A DNA stretch of 64,000 nucleotides from Bilabrum cf. latius (taxonomy: Eukaryota). Position 1 is the first letter of the stretch; each line of letters starts with the position of its first letter. The notes below the pieces were generated by a model, which saw only the letters and a program-made list of their open reading frames with translations, ran no database searches and was not told where the DNA came from. A program made the position numbers and the translations under genes. The DNA lies in assembly GCA_965178125.1 (NCBI GenBank), contig OZ237754.1, positions 372,001-436,000 on the forward strand, in the 5' to 3' direction. Shown piece after piece: positions 1 to 13,000 of the stretch.

Positions 1-2418
1 TCCAAGAGCCGAGGTGGGCGCACTGCTGGGCTGCAAGTACCGTTCGGACGGTCTGGTCGGATGGAGCTCAGGGGTCCTCTGCCACGATGGGTGGGCGCGC
101 CGCATCGTGCCGGACTCAACGATCTGCCGTGCGTGCTGTGGCTATCGGGTGCCAGGGTGGCTCCGATGATCATGCCGCTCGGTGCGCGGCCCGCAGCAGA
201 GGCGAGGAAAGCCACAAGTCTGATGGCGCTGCCTGCGAGACTCCCTGTCGACGATGGTCACAGGCTGCGGCGGGTCTATCCGGCACTCGAGTTTGACGTT
301 GTCAACACGGCCTCCAAGCCTGTCAAGCTGAGTGCACTGCAGCACCTGGCGGAGGCAGACCAGGCACTTGACTTGCATCGGCGCAGAGCCTACGGATATA
401 GGCTGTATCTGCCGCCCCGATTTGGCACTAGCATCGATCTGCCCCCTCGCAGCATTACCACGATCACAGCCATTACGGCTGATCCGAACTTCTACAGCAA
501 GTGCATGATGGCGCGTGTGTCATTGCATTGGCGAGATCCCTCAGGGGACGAGATGGACGCCCTGTACAGCGGGCCCAGGAAGAAATGGTTCCCGCACGAT
601 CCTCCTGGCCTCCCAAAGCCGGGATCATCGCGAGCGGAGCCGTTCAGGAGAGTAGCCACGCTGCCGCCGCCCCCACCAGAGGCCTAGCCCTGGGCCACGA
701 GCACGGCGGGTCGACGAACTGCCCAGTGGGCGCGCGACTCGGAGAACGCGCTGGCGACAGGGACCCCTGCCAGCCTTGACCCCACCTCTGGGGTTCGAGA
801 GGCCGCCAGCGCACCCGGCAGTAGCGGTGATTGGGGTGCTCCCCGGTTCACGAACGGCAGGGCGACGGGTCGCACGCATGAACCGGTCGGCCTTCGTGTG
901 ACTGCCAAGGACAGGTCGGCAGCATACCGGCCTCGCATGTCCGCAGCCGAGAGAGAAGAAGCCGAAGAGGCTGCTCGTGCGCAGAAGAAGAGAGAGACGC
1001 AGCGGTTAGCACATCATGGGGATGGTGTCTTTGCAGCTGCGGCTGCGGCATCAAGGGGGGCATCCGACCGGATCCTGGCTCCAACGCCTTTCCAAGCGCC
1101 CTGGCAGTCCAGAAGCAAGCGAGCCTCCTCCATGCGAGCACGGTCTGCCGGCAGGTTACGAGCAGTGGACGCCACCTCGCAGTCGAGTCGGCATCGACCA
1201 GGCAGCCCGATCCGTGCTGTGCGTCAGTTTGGTTACGGCAGCACAGAGAGTGAAGAAGATGACCATGACATGGTGGCTGCCACGCAACGGCCGTTCTCAT
1301 AGACGCAGTCTGGGTCAGCCGCGCGAAACGCTCTCGTAGGCAGCGATGGAATCAGCAGTGGGGGCTCGGGCGAAGCATCGTCTGGGTCGAATCGTTCAAG
1401 GCCTCGGCCGCAGAGTGCGCGGATCAGGAGGGGCCGAGACCGGCATGCCTCCCATGCGCAGCCTGCGCAGTCACGTGGTCGACAGAGGCCGCAGTCTGCT
1501 GCGGTGGCACGGCGGCAGCGACACGATTTGCCCCCCACGGATGCAGCATGGGCTGCAGACGCTGGTGATGCTACCTTTGGAGGCCTGGTGGAAGAGGAGA
1601 GCGGCAGCTTGCCAGAAGTAGTCGGTGCCCATGAGTTGGGCAGTCACCAAGATGGCCGATTCGAGGAAGCCATGGCCATCGCGATCCTGGCAGGGAAGGG
1701 CAAGGACGGAGCGGGGGGCAGGCCACCGAGTGCTTCCACCAAGACAATCACCACGGCGGGGGGTGGAAGGCACCGCGGGCGCACACCAGCCGCAAGTCCG
1801 ATGGTGCCGCCATCAACAGCCGCTCAAAGACGTCGCCCCTAGTCTGCCCGAGTGCGATCTCGCCGCCTGGTGGATTCGCACGAGTCCAACGCTGCGGGCA
1901 GAGATGCAGGGAACGAGTTCACAGCACGAGGTGGTTATCCAACCAGCAGAGGGGCTAGATCTAGTGGCCGTCGTCCAAGGAGCAGCATGTCTGGCCCGTC
2001 GCATCACAGCGAGCACGCTGGGTCGGGCTTGCCCAGCGTGCATGAGGCTGGCTTTGAGCCTGAGGGTGGTACAGCTGCTCCTCGCGCTCCTTCGTCTGGG
2101 TCTCGTGAACGTCGTCCTGACAGACCGCAGAGCGCGGTCACTAGGCTGGGCGGGCATAGAGACGCGCGCAGCACGTCGCCCCCTAATGCTTCAGCCAGTC
2201 GAAGAGGTAGCCCGCCAGGCAACAGACCTACAGGCTCTGGAAGCCGCCCGACATCGGCTGCTAGAAGTCGCCCGTGGTCTGCAGCGTCCTCAAGAACCGG
2301 CGCAGCATCTACTGCAGACGGTTATCGCTACGTGGCCGGCCTGTCTTCTGGCGCCGATGGGGGTGCAGCGCAGTGGCAGTCGCCGGCGAGTCCGCGTGGC
2401 GGTGGGCCTGGCACATGA
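1..2418 (+). CDS. Hypothetical protein, 3' part (starts left of the window); Ser/Arg-rich tail with repeated RPQSA-like motifs
   Basis: Frame 1 is open from base 1 to TGA 2416-2418 except for TAGs at 685, 1300 and 1840. ORF-track pieces 61-687, 898-1302, 1504-1842 and 1852-2418 share one frame. No domain recognised. Confidence 0.7.
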
Positions 2419-2535
2419 ACCGTGCTTCGGACCGCAGATTGGAGCATATGCTCTGGAGCATCCGTTGTTTGGATTATTATCCTTAATTTGTGTTGCAGGT
2501 GGAACAAAAATACCGAATGCAGTTATGAGTCGTAC

Positions 2536-5332
2536 TCATGCAACACTTCCTCGCCTATTCCGCCTCGGCCGCTACACCTCTGGATCAGCCCCGCTACCGC
2601 CCGTCACTACCCCACCATGTGGAGCTCCGACTGCCGGTGCACTCCCTGCGGCTGCTCGTGCTGCTGCTGTAGATCTCCTCCGCTGGCCAAAGGTACCCGT
2701 GGACGCCCGTCTGGTGCCCGGTCCGCCTTTGCCCGACGTGGAACCGCCAGTCGCCATCGCCTCCGCAAGCAGCTTTGCTCTCCGCACAGCGTCGATCGCT
2801 TGCGCATCGGTCGAAGCTCGTCGGCCGCGGACGTGAGGTGCCCTGGCAGCAGCAGCCGACGCCCGCCTGTGGCGCGCATACATCTTCCCCGTCTTGCTGA
2901 GATTGGACGTGAATTTCTTTGAAGCTTCGGAAAGCTGTCCAGACTGGCCGCTCCCGGCTGCCGCCCCCAACGCTCCTTGCCTCCTGCGTTCAACCGCCAA
3001 GTCCACGCTGGCCCTCCTCCGACCCCTGCCAGCAGCCCCCGTCGGCATGCCGCCGGTGCTACCCCGCCGATTGGTGCGCCTGTCTACCGCTTTCTTGGCG
3101 CTCTCAAGAGCCGATCCACTCTGGCCCTCCATGTCATAGAGCACGTTGCCAATTCGGGGACTGGCCGCATGCGGCGTGCCGCCGCCAGAACCAGACTTCT
3201 CCCGGTGGTCATCACCAACACCCTTGGCATCTCCTTCGACGGCACGAAGGAAGTTTCGAGTGGATTGATTGGCTCTCTGCCTCGCCTTCCTGATCTTCTG
3301 ACTCTCCGCGGCTGACAGCTGCCCTTGATCTCGCATGACCCGGCGCCGGTCTGCCAGTGTCATATTTTTATGTGCCTCGTATCCTTCCCCAGTCTCCCCG
3401 CGTCTCACCATCGATAGCACGTCTGGAGCACCCTTGGACTCGTTGTTGCCTATAGAGCCTAGTGCGGTAAACTCGCCGGCTGCATTGGTGTTTCCACCAC
3501 CGCTCGCACCAGACAGCGCCTCTGCAGTGCCAGGCAAGGCAGTTCCAGCGGGAAGTATACCTCGCTAGCTAGCGGAGGCGCCTTTGACCGCGGCTCGCTG
3601 GGCAGGTGTCAGGTGCTAAAAGTTTCCGTACGCACTCTCCTGCGTCTGGCTCGCCACAGCCATCGCATCCTGGTTTCCTGTAGAGATGCGCCGGCTGCTC
3701 TTCCTGGAGCGCAGACGGCCCAGCCTCCCACCCGTGGACCCAATGCTGCCCTGCGACTGGGCGTCGTCGTCTTTTCCAGGCAAAGAAGACGACTTCGCGC
3801 TGTCCTTGGCTCCCACACCAACCATAGAATCGTTGCCCTCTGCTGTGCCCGAAGCGGCCACGAATCGGCTGCTCTATCGCTGGATAGTGCTAATCACGGA
3901 CTTGAAATTGCCGTACTGCAGCGCGGTATTTTGCTGCGCTCGTTCCTGTCTCTGCTGTGTAGCTTGCTTCCAGAAGCCGACGCCACCCAGCCGCATCTGT
4001 AGCTGCCGCTGCATCGTGTACACTGGCCAGAGCATCGTGGGGTGCTTCTCTGCGTACTTGACGAAGTTGTTCTGGGTGATCAACCCCTCCCTGGCTTTTT
4101 GCTTGGATCCTGCGGCCTGCGTGTCCACAGATGTCGCCAGCAAGTCGATCTTAATGGTCTCTCGCTCGATCAGAGCGCGCTTCTCAGCAGACGCGCCATA
4201 CACTTCGTACAGGATCCTCTTCATTTCCTGCGGCTCGCGTGTGAGGGCGACGAGAAACGAGGACGAGAAACAAGCGTTGGGTTAAAAGTTGCTCGCTGGA
4301 AGTGCGGCGCGGTTGTGGTGCAGCCAGTGCTTGATCCGCCAAGAGAGCATACAGGAGATTTGGGTAGAAGTCGTGAGCCGCTGCCTGTTGCTGCAGCTTG
4401 TCACATGAAATGGCTCGGCTCCTCCTCACCAGTGTGCTGATGCTGCCCGACTAGTCGAGGTCGTAGAGATCGAAAGCAAACAGGATCAATGACTTGCGCT
4501 CCAGCGTGCAGTAGGTCCAGGTTGAGAGGCAAAACTCAGGGAACGACAGGGTGCCTGCGTGAGGGGGCGGGTAGAGCGAGAGCAATCGGGAGGAGGGCGG
4601 TCACTGGCGTACCGTGTCTTGCCACTGTGATGCGGTCGCTGCCATGCAGGTATGGTGGCGGATTACGCAGACTCACCAGATGAGTCTACATCTGCGAATA
4701 GAAAGATGTAGGGTTTGACACACGAAGCTGGGTATAGGACATGAACGAGAAAGATGCGAACCTAGCATGCACAGCGTGCGCGGGCCTCAGCACTTACCAA
4801 AGATCTGCAAGGTGAAATGAGACACGGTTTGGCAAGTAGTGTGCTGCTAGAAAAACGCTGTACGCCATGAAATTGCTGCAGATAGTGTCGCCTCACCTCG
4901 AAAGCTCGCTTAGTGAAAATAGAACTTTCCAATCCACAGTATACCACAAACTGCGATGGTTGACTCGTAGCGGGGTGCTGTTAAATGCAAAGGAGAAACG
5001 CGCGCTATTCGATGTGCAGCAGATGTCTTACTTCTGTTATTGTAACAAAGCCGTTGCTATCATCGTCAACTGCGCGGTGGCGCCGGTAAGCCTGGAGGAC
5101 AGATACTCTTCCTATCGGTGAATCCTAACGATTGAAGCAATGCAGATCTCTCACTCTAAGAAAAAACCTTCCATAGAATCTTTAGCTGCCACAGTGTCAT
5201 AGGAAGCGTGCGAAAAATGGGGATACTGTCTGGTCGTTGGAGCTCCTCCTCGAGACCTAGCGGGATCACTGGATCGCACCCGCACAAACTACATCTACAA
5301 CAATCCTCAAAGGACGAGCTTGCACATCCCAT
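2536..5332 (-). CDS. N-acylated (MGC...) EF-hand calcium-binding protein, calcineurin-B/NCS-like, with a long RRxS-rich C-terminal tail; 7 exons
   Basis: Exons 5155-5332, 5032-5069, 4897-4950, 4798-4804, 4677-4691, 4430-4554 and 2536-4227, all GT-AG and in phase. Splicing builds the EF loops DDDSNGFVTITE, DVDSSGTLSFPE and DLD*SGSISTLE (*=TAG 4451). Ends at TGA 2536-2538. Confidence 0.85.
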
Positions 5333-5458
5333 GGACGCCCAAAGCTGTAGATTTGCGGTTTTAAACGTATCGCAACGCTTCACGGCTACCGAACGTTCTT
5401 TATTGTTTCAACGAAGCTGCGTCGCAAGCACAGGTTTGGTCGCATGCGGTGCTGTTGA
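5333..5458. promoter_or_regulatory. Putative compact bidirectional promoter
   Basis: Only 126 bp lie between the divergent ATGs of the EF-hand and SMYD genes. No specific motif identified. Confidence 0.45.
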
Positions 5459-7957
5459 ATGCACCATAATGTGAAGAAGTTCGCCACTGTTGATAAATAC
5501 CGCGGCGTTTAGGTCGTACCAGGCGAGGGCATCAGCCAAGGTTCCTTAGTACTGCGGGATGTGGCTGTGTCGAAGGTGCCTCTTCACAGAACAAGCACCT
5601 GCTGGGCCACACTTGACAGGCCAGGCGTCGATAGGCTTGACCGTTGCTCAAAATGTAAAGTTACCCACTACTGCGATCGCAAGGCGCAGGTCTTGGATTG
5701 GTAGCAGCACAAGCATGAGTGCAAGACGTTGGCTCGGTTCGGATTAGAAAAAGTCAAAGCTATGCCCTCTCTCGCAATGTTGCTTGCGAGAGCGATGATG
5801 CAGGGCTAGAAGCATATAGATCCTGACAGTTCATCCCTCCACGAAGGGCTGTGGTGCGATATTTCGCGGCTCACTCGAAACCAGTTGAGGCACGTTCACC
5901 GCGTAGCAGTGGCAGCCATGGCAATTCATAGTGGTTTCCAACACGCTGGCGCACGGTGCGGTAAAACTAATCCACCCGATACGGCTGCTTACACGCGCAT
6001 GGCGCTTGCCCTTCAATGGAACATCCACACGATTCTAGACGCCGACAGGGTACCCGTGGCGGTGGGCCTCTTTGAGCTCGGCTCGCTGTTCAATCACTCG
6101 TGCTCACCCAACGCGCTCACCGCATTCAAAGGAACGGAACTGCGCGTGGTTGCCTCAGAAAGCATCCAATTGCCCTGTGAAGGGCCGGTGGCTGGAAGCA
6201 CGCGCAGCAAAGCGGTGCCACAAGGATCAGCCCTCCCACAAGAAGGCACTGCCAGTGGCGTGGCAGGGACGGCCACTGGCAGCTGTGATGGGCAAGCAGA
6301 CGAGGGTAGATCGCCGATAGCTGAGGATGGGTGCATCACCGAGGTCTGCATAGGGTACATCGACACGGTACGCCCGGCCTCATGGAGAAGAAGGGCGCTA
6401 CGAGCAGCATACGGATTCGAGTGCAACTGCGCTGAGTGCCGAGGTGCCTGCGCGGCGTGGGATCAGCTGGCCAGACTGCGGCGCTGCTAGGAGTAGGAGG
6501 GCCTACCCAGAGAAGCGGCTGTCCAGACGGACCCAGTAGGTGTCAAATTGCCGGGCGCATCGGCTGAGCCTGCACTAGTGGAGGAGGCAGCGGCTGGCGA
6601 ACCAGACCTCGAGCACTTGAGTCTACCGGACAGTAACTATGGGATTGAAAGCGACAGGGCCACAGCAGTGGGATCCGTTGAAAGCATTGCTGGAGCAAAT
6701 CGACTTCTGAAGAGATCAGCCGCACATCTCTCGAAGGCAAGCATAACCTATCTCCGCAGAGAAGCCGCACTGGGCGGTGTGCTGTGCCCTCACTGCCGGC
6801 GAGAGCACGACACGGTGCTACCCGTCCGACGACCGAAGGCATCTGGTGGTGCTGACGCCGAACGACCTAGCCTTAAGCAAAGCATAGATGCACTGGTGGA
6901 CAAGAGCTTCTTAGAAAAAGCCTCTTCGAGCATGAAGCAACAGGTTGGAGACGCTACGCTGCCCCCGCTATGCATCCAGCCGATCCGGTTGCCCGGGGAA
7001 CAAATCACTTCTCTCGCTAGAGATTTGAGCTCTCCAGACTTGGATGGTGCTGCTACAAGTATTGGGTCAATACGCGCAGCTGCATCCGCGAGCAGTATTG
7101 ATCAAGCGGCAGCGCCCGCCTCTGTGCCCTCGTCCAGTGCTAGGTCAGCAAGCTCGACTTCTCGCAGCGGGGACTTTTCGTGGATTGACGATTGGCAGCA
7201 GGATGGTGGGCGATCAGGCACGCATCCACAGGACACCGTGTGCCTGCGATGTTGGCAGTCCCCGTTCAGCTCTACCAATGCAGAGCTTGCTGCAGTGTAC
7301 GACGAGACGGACCCTGCATCTGGCGGGCCAGCCGAGGCAACGGTGGCCTGGATGGCCGCACGGCTTGCTGAAGCGGATCGTCTGGCAGCACATGCAAGAG
7401 AATGCACGGATATGGCAGCAGACCCCCCGCGCCGACATGGAGTCACCGTGTCGGAACATGCAAGTGGCCGCGATGAACCTAGGCCCAGAACTACAGTGGC
7501 AACAGAGGCATTCGCCGCTTTGTGCAGGTGTATCGCAATCCGGAAGCAGCTGCTGTCGCCAGCCCACCACCTGACCACTGCAGCGATCAGGGCACTTGGC
7601 GAATGCTGCATCGCGGAAAGGCAGTGGGGCAGCGCTCTCAGGTGCTACACGCACGTGTGGGCTGTCAGAGAGACCGCATCACCCTCTCTTTCTTGCACAA
7701 GCAGCCACACCGCCCTCGACCAGGGCATGGATGCTCTCCGGTGTGCTAAATTGTGCGATGCCGCGGGCCGGGCCCCGTCTGAGGCCGCGCGCTGGGCCAG
7801 GCGGGCCCTTGCACGGCTGTGTGCCTTCGAGACGTCTGCTGTGGACCGGTCCATTCTGGACGCGGCCAGGCGCATCGTTCGGTTTGCGGCCGTGGCCGAT
7901 GCAGGGGCACGAGATTTCTCAGGAGCAGCCGGGGGGCTTGCGGACGAGCTGGACTGA
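5459..7957 (+). CDS. SET and MYND domain (SMYD-family) lysine methyltransferase
   Basis: MYND-like CSKCKVTHYC...DW*QHKHEC, SET motif FNHSCSPN, EVCIGYID, post-SET YGFECNCAEC, and a helical TPR-like C-terminus. One frame from ATG 5459 to TGA 7957, with in-frame TAGs at 5510, 5702, 5807, 6488 and 6494. Confidence 0.85.
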
Positions 7958-8256
7958 GCGGGTGCGCTGGGCTGGAGCTGGGTGGGATGGGCGGGTCTAT
8001 GCTTGCTGAATGCCCGTGATTCCCGTGATCTCTCGCTTCATTGCAAATAGGATAGTCCTGAATGAAATATTATAGTACAGGGCAGCTGCAATCGTCCAGC
8101 AAGTGTCTATTTTGGTCAATCGCTCGTCTCGTCCGCATGGCACTAGCTGTGCATGAACACCCCAAATCCCAGGCGGAGAGGCTCCACAGAGGACCTGGCA
8201 GGCATCCGCACCCAGCAGTAGTTTGTCACCGTCTCAGCTGAGTAACGAGACCCCTT

Positions 8257-9646
8257 TCACGCGTCCACCTTCCCTGCGGATGCAGCCTCGGCCTCCTTGC
8301 CCTCGGAAGCCGCCGCGGTGCCTCCGAGCTGGATGGCCTCGAGCTCCTTCTGCACCTGCTTGCCGACCTTGATGGGCGGGTACTTTTCCTTGGCACCCTC
8401 CCGGTCGGCGAACTTGCCCAGGGGCTGCAGGGTCTTGTCTGATGCGAAGTGCGTGAAGCACGTGCTGCTGATCCTCCACAGGGACTTCTTGGCCTTTGTT
8501 GCTGCCTCGATTGCCTCGATCGTCTTGGGCTGCACCACCACCTCGTGGAAACCTGCGAGCACGTGGCCGCCTGTGGCGTATTCCGCCTGCATGCCGGCCT
8601 GGACCAGAAGGCAGCCATCCGGCACCTTTACAGACACCTTCCTTCCCTCCCTGGTCCAGATGTACAGCCCAGGGTACCGGCTCTTGCCGTGCACGGTGAA
8701 TGCGTTCAGGTCCTGGTGGAAACCGGCGCACACCGTTCCCAGCTGCGGAACGATAGAAACAACGGTGCAAAAGATAAAAGACAGTGCGATCCAAGAAATG
8801 TCTGCAGCAACAGTTGTTTGTAATAGAGACCAAGACTATGGGAGGCAAGGCTCTCCTGTATAGCTTACCTTGCCAAACTTGCTGAAGTCGGTCGCCGTGG
8901 GTGCGAGCAGATGCGGGGCCGAGTCCATCATCGAAGTCAGGGCATCCTTCTCCAGACCGAAACCCTCTGCTGCCATGGAAGCGATCGCGCGGCCGCAGCC
9001 GAGCAGCTTGCTTCCCCACCGGTTCATGGTGTCCTTCCACTCTGGGAACTCCTTTGGCGTAACGGGCTCCGCGTTGAGCTCTCCGAACTCTGTCTCCTTC
9101 GGCCTATCCCCAATTCTCCAGAAGAAGCGCCATTTGCAGTCCTTCTCGGGCGGGCACTCCGACAACGGGGCATCCGATTCCTTGTAGGCTTTCATCCTAT
9201 CGCAGTGGTTTCTGGGCAGCTCAGTCCCGGAAGGAGTAGCGCCAACCTGTGCAAGAGCAATACAATATGTAAAGGCTGATCAAACATGGGGGTGGCGCTT
9301 CGATTGCCTCCAGAAAACGGCCTGACGTCCTCGTGATTGGCATCCTTACCTGGTAGGAGTACTCTTCCCGCACATCCTCGCGCAAATTGCTCTCATCTTG
9401 CTCAAAATACTTCTCCAGCATGTCCAAAAACTCATTGTTATCTTCCTCGGTTACTCGGGGGTCTCTGGCGATCAAAATGCCGTACTTGTGCAAGGCCTCG
9501 GCAACTCGGTTGCACTCCATTCGTGCCTTCGTTTCCGCTTCACCGCCCTTATCACGGTTCAAAAAGGCGTTAAGGTCGACGATAGGGAGCTCACCGGACA
9601 TTTCAAGGTCAATCTTTGCCCCATCAGATCCTGCTACTGCCGCCAT
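8257..9646 (-). CDS. 2-oxoglutarate/Fe(II)-dependent oxygenase superfamily protein (IPNS/clavaminate synthase-like); 3 exons
   Basis: Exons 9350-9646, 8869-9246 and 8257-8742 (386 aa). Motifs LPIVDL, GFHQDLN (HxD), GKSRYPGL, GFHEV (distal His) and WRISS. TGA stop and no in-frame TAG. Confidence 0.88.
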
Positions 9647-10097
9647 TGCGAGAAGAAATGAAAGGAACCATCAGACCCAATCAAAACCAGAAAAAGCACC
9701 CAACCACCACAGATTCGGTGAATCGGATTCGCTGTGCCACAGAAATAAAATATCCCTTGTTACAGTGCAAATGCAAGCAATTGAATTCCATCTTTCCTTC
9801 GCCCCCCTGCGAGGACTAGCCCGGCATTCTCGGACCAACAAACTCCTCGCCGCGCACGGACAGGGCTCCTTTCGGTTGCTGTTCCCATGCAGCGCCCAGT
9901 CCCGTTCGCCCCCAATCATACACATACATGCCCGTCATGTCAGCTCCATTGCAAGCAAGAAGCTCGTCGCTGAAGCCCATCGCTTTGATCACGCGACATG
10001 CAAGCGACCACTGGTGCTGGCTTGCTGACTCCTCGTTTGATAAAGGCCGCCTGACTGCTGGTGCTGGCTTGCTGACTCCTCGCTGCACAGAGCCGAA

Positions 10098-13000
10098 TCA
10101 GCCGAGATCCAGCCCTAGGCCAGACCCCCCGCCGAGAGAGTCGTCCCCTGCAGCGTGCGCTGCTCCATTCACGCCAAGCACGTCAGCACCGGGCAGGCCC
10201 ACCGCTCCGGGGAGCAGGGCGCTCCTCATCAGCGCGCCTCCCAGCTCCACCATTCGATCTCCGCCGGAACCCGAACTGGCGCCGGCCCCAGTGCCAGCAC
10301 CTTGAACCCCCTGGCCGCCGCCTCCCTCCACTAGCTCCTTGGTGAGGCTGCTCACGCCTAGCAGACCACCGTCCTGCCCCTCGCCCGAATGGCCAAGGAA
10401 ACCACCGCCCATGCCGCCCCACAGGTCAGACCCAGAGAGCCCAGCCGACTGGGCGCCGTGGTATTGTTCCCCAGTGCTTCCCATAGGGGCGCCGTGGTAT
10501 TCTTCCCCAGTGCTCCCCATAGCAGGTTCCTGCAGACCGGACTGCCCCCCGCGCAGCTCCCACCCGCCACTGCCCGCCTCCCCCGACGCAGCCGAGGCAA
10601 GCGGAGACAGGCCTGGCGGTGCCTCCATCCTCCCAGAGGCACGAACCCCCCCCGGTGCGCCAGTGCCGCCCTCTGAACCTGAACCGCCTTGCGATCCTGC
10701 GAGCTGGTGCAAGCCATGCCCCTGGGACCACCCACCCGCAACCGCGCCCGAGCTGGAGTAGCTGCCGGTCGCCAGCACGGACGCAGAGGCCGGAAGGGGT
10801 CCAGCTGTCGAGCCCAGCAGCCAGCTCGGTGCAGGTAATTGCGGCACATGCGGTTGCCCAGAGACAGCGCCAGCCTGCGACTACGGCTGGGGCCCGGCAA
10901 AGCTGTGGACAGCACCGCTCGCAGCACCATGCTGCCTCCCGCCGCCAGCACCATGCACATGTACTGGCTCGGGAGCGGGGGGCACGCCCTTCCTCCCTGT
11001 AGACAACAAGTCCCCAGCGCTCTCGCTCCGCACACCTCCAGCCCCAGCCGCGTGATGCCCCCCCGGCCCTGAGACCAGGCCATGTCCACTGCCTGCATAC
11101 CCGCTGCTCTGGTGTGCCAGGGTGTGCAGGGACTGCACGCTCGTGCTACCAGAGCCACCCACCCCCCTGCCGTGCTGCTGGTACTGCTGCTAATAATACT
11201 GGGGATGGTACTGGGGGTGGTGCGCGTCAAATGACACGCGATGAACGTCGCCGTGCTGGCCACCCGGGCCTGGCTGCGCAAGCTGGTGATAGCTGCCCAC
11301 CGAGTGGATGGGCTGATGGCCGGGAGACTGGGCAGCGGCGGCGCTGAGCGACACCATCGAGGCGGGCCTAGCGGAGATGCCGGGGCCAAAGCTCGGGCTG
11401 CCGTGCACCACCATGCCCTGCATCTGAGCGGCACCATGGCCGTAGCCCATGGCCACAGGCTGAGACTGCTGCCCCATGCCGTCCGTGGACGCTGGTCCGA
11501 TGTAGCTGACGGCGGGAGGTGCAAGCACGAAGGACCCGTGACTGGCCACGGACCCGATTCGCCGCATGCCGCCCCCACCCTGGATCCCAAGCCCGTTGGT
11601 GCCCGTCGAGTCGGCGTCGGCGCCCCCTCTGGAAGTGCCCCTCCTTGACCTGCCCCTGCCCCTGCCGCTGCCGCTGCCGCTCTTCCGAGGTGAGCTCCCA
11701 GGGCTATTGCCCGGTGTGCCCGACATCTGCGGGCTGCCCGTGGACCGCGGCCCGAACTCCCTGTTCCTCCTGCGCTTCCAGGCCTTGCTGGCGTGCTCCA
11801 CGTTCTGCTCGGTCGGCATGGGCCTGGAGGGCAGCTGGTACTGCCCCACGTGCTCGAAGGGGCACTCCGGCCCGGCCCTGCAGCCGGTTCCAGACTCAAC
11901 GAACCAGAAGGGGCACAAAGGACGGTCAGAATCCTCGACCTCTTCTTTGCTGTCGCCCATTGGCTGCTCCCCGTCCTTGCCCTCGAGACCGTAGCCATGA
12001 TCTCGCCCATCGGTAGCGGGGTCAGCTCGTTCCGCAACATGCGCGTTCCCCGCTGTTCCCCGGTCCTGTGAGGCACCCACTCCGAGCGATTCCGAGTACC
12101 GAGCCAGCAGCAGCTGGTCAGAAGTCTCCGGAGTGGTCTGTGCCCTGGGGCGATTCAGTACCCCCGCGGCAGCAGTGCTGCGGGCGACGGCACCACCACT
12201 GGCAGGGTGTCCATCTCTCACACCCTGGCCCTGGCTTGAAGGAGTGAATGGGGCCGCGTCAACGGAGAGGTAAGACTGCCTGCCCCGCGCGAGGCCACTG
12301 CCACTCCCGGTGCCTGTGCCTGCACCGGGGTGGGTTGGGCTTGAGCCGTGGACGGAAGCGGGGGCAGGGGCGGGTGCTCCTGCCAGCGACTGCCTGTGCC
12401 CCGCACCAGATCCAGATCCAGATCCAGATCCAGATCCAGATCCAGGTATAGATCCAGGCCTCGGGGACTGCATGGTGCGACCATCTACTGAGCTTGTGCT
12501 GGCCGTGTCGCGCGCTGGACCGTCTCCATGCGTTGCGGCGTATGCACTGCCCATGTACCGAGCCATCCTCGCCCGGCCCTAGCTCTTCGGCGGCTGGGAC
12601 TGCGATCCAGCTCTGCCGTCGACAGAATAGCCCACGCTGCCCGAGGGTGGACCATGAGCCCTTGCCGTCTCGTGGCCCGCGCTGGGCTACCAGCTAACCC
12701 CAACGGAGCCAGTTCCCCCCTTTGGAGGAGCTGAGTGAGAGTGAGGGTGCTGCTGCTGCTGCTGCTGCAGCCATCCCTTAAACATGTCCCTCAGAGCGTC
12801 GATGTCGGACTGCTGGGTCAAGTGGTAATGGACACACCGCCCGTGCGGGGCTGAGCCTCCCAGGGAACAGTGGCCCGTCCACAGCTGATCCCTGCAGATG
12901 TGGTCGTCCGTGCACTTGGCGCCGTGCTTGCATGTCCCGGAAATGATCATGTTGCGGCAGGGGCTGCGGTGATGAAGGAAACTTGGTGTGAAGGCTAGCA

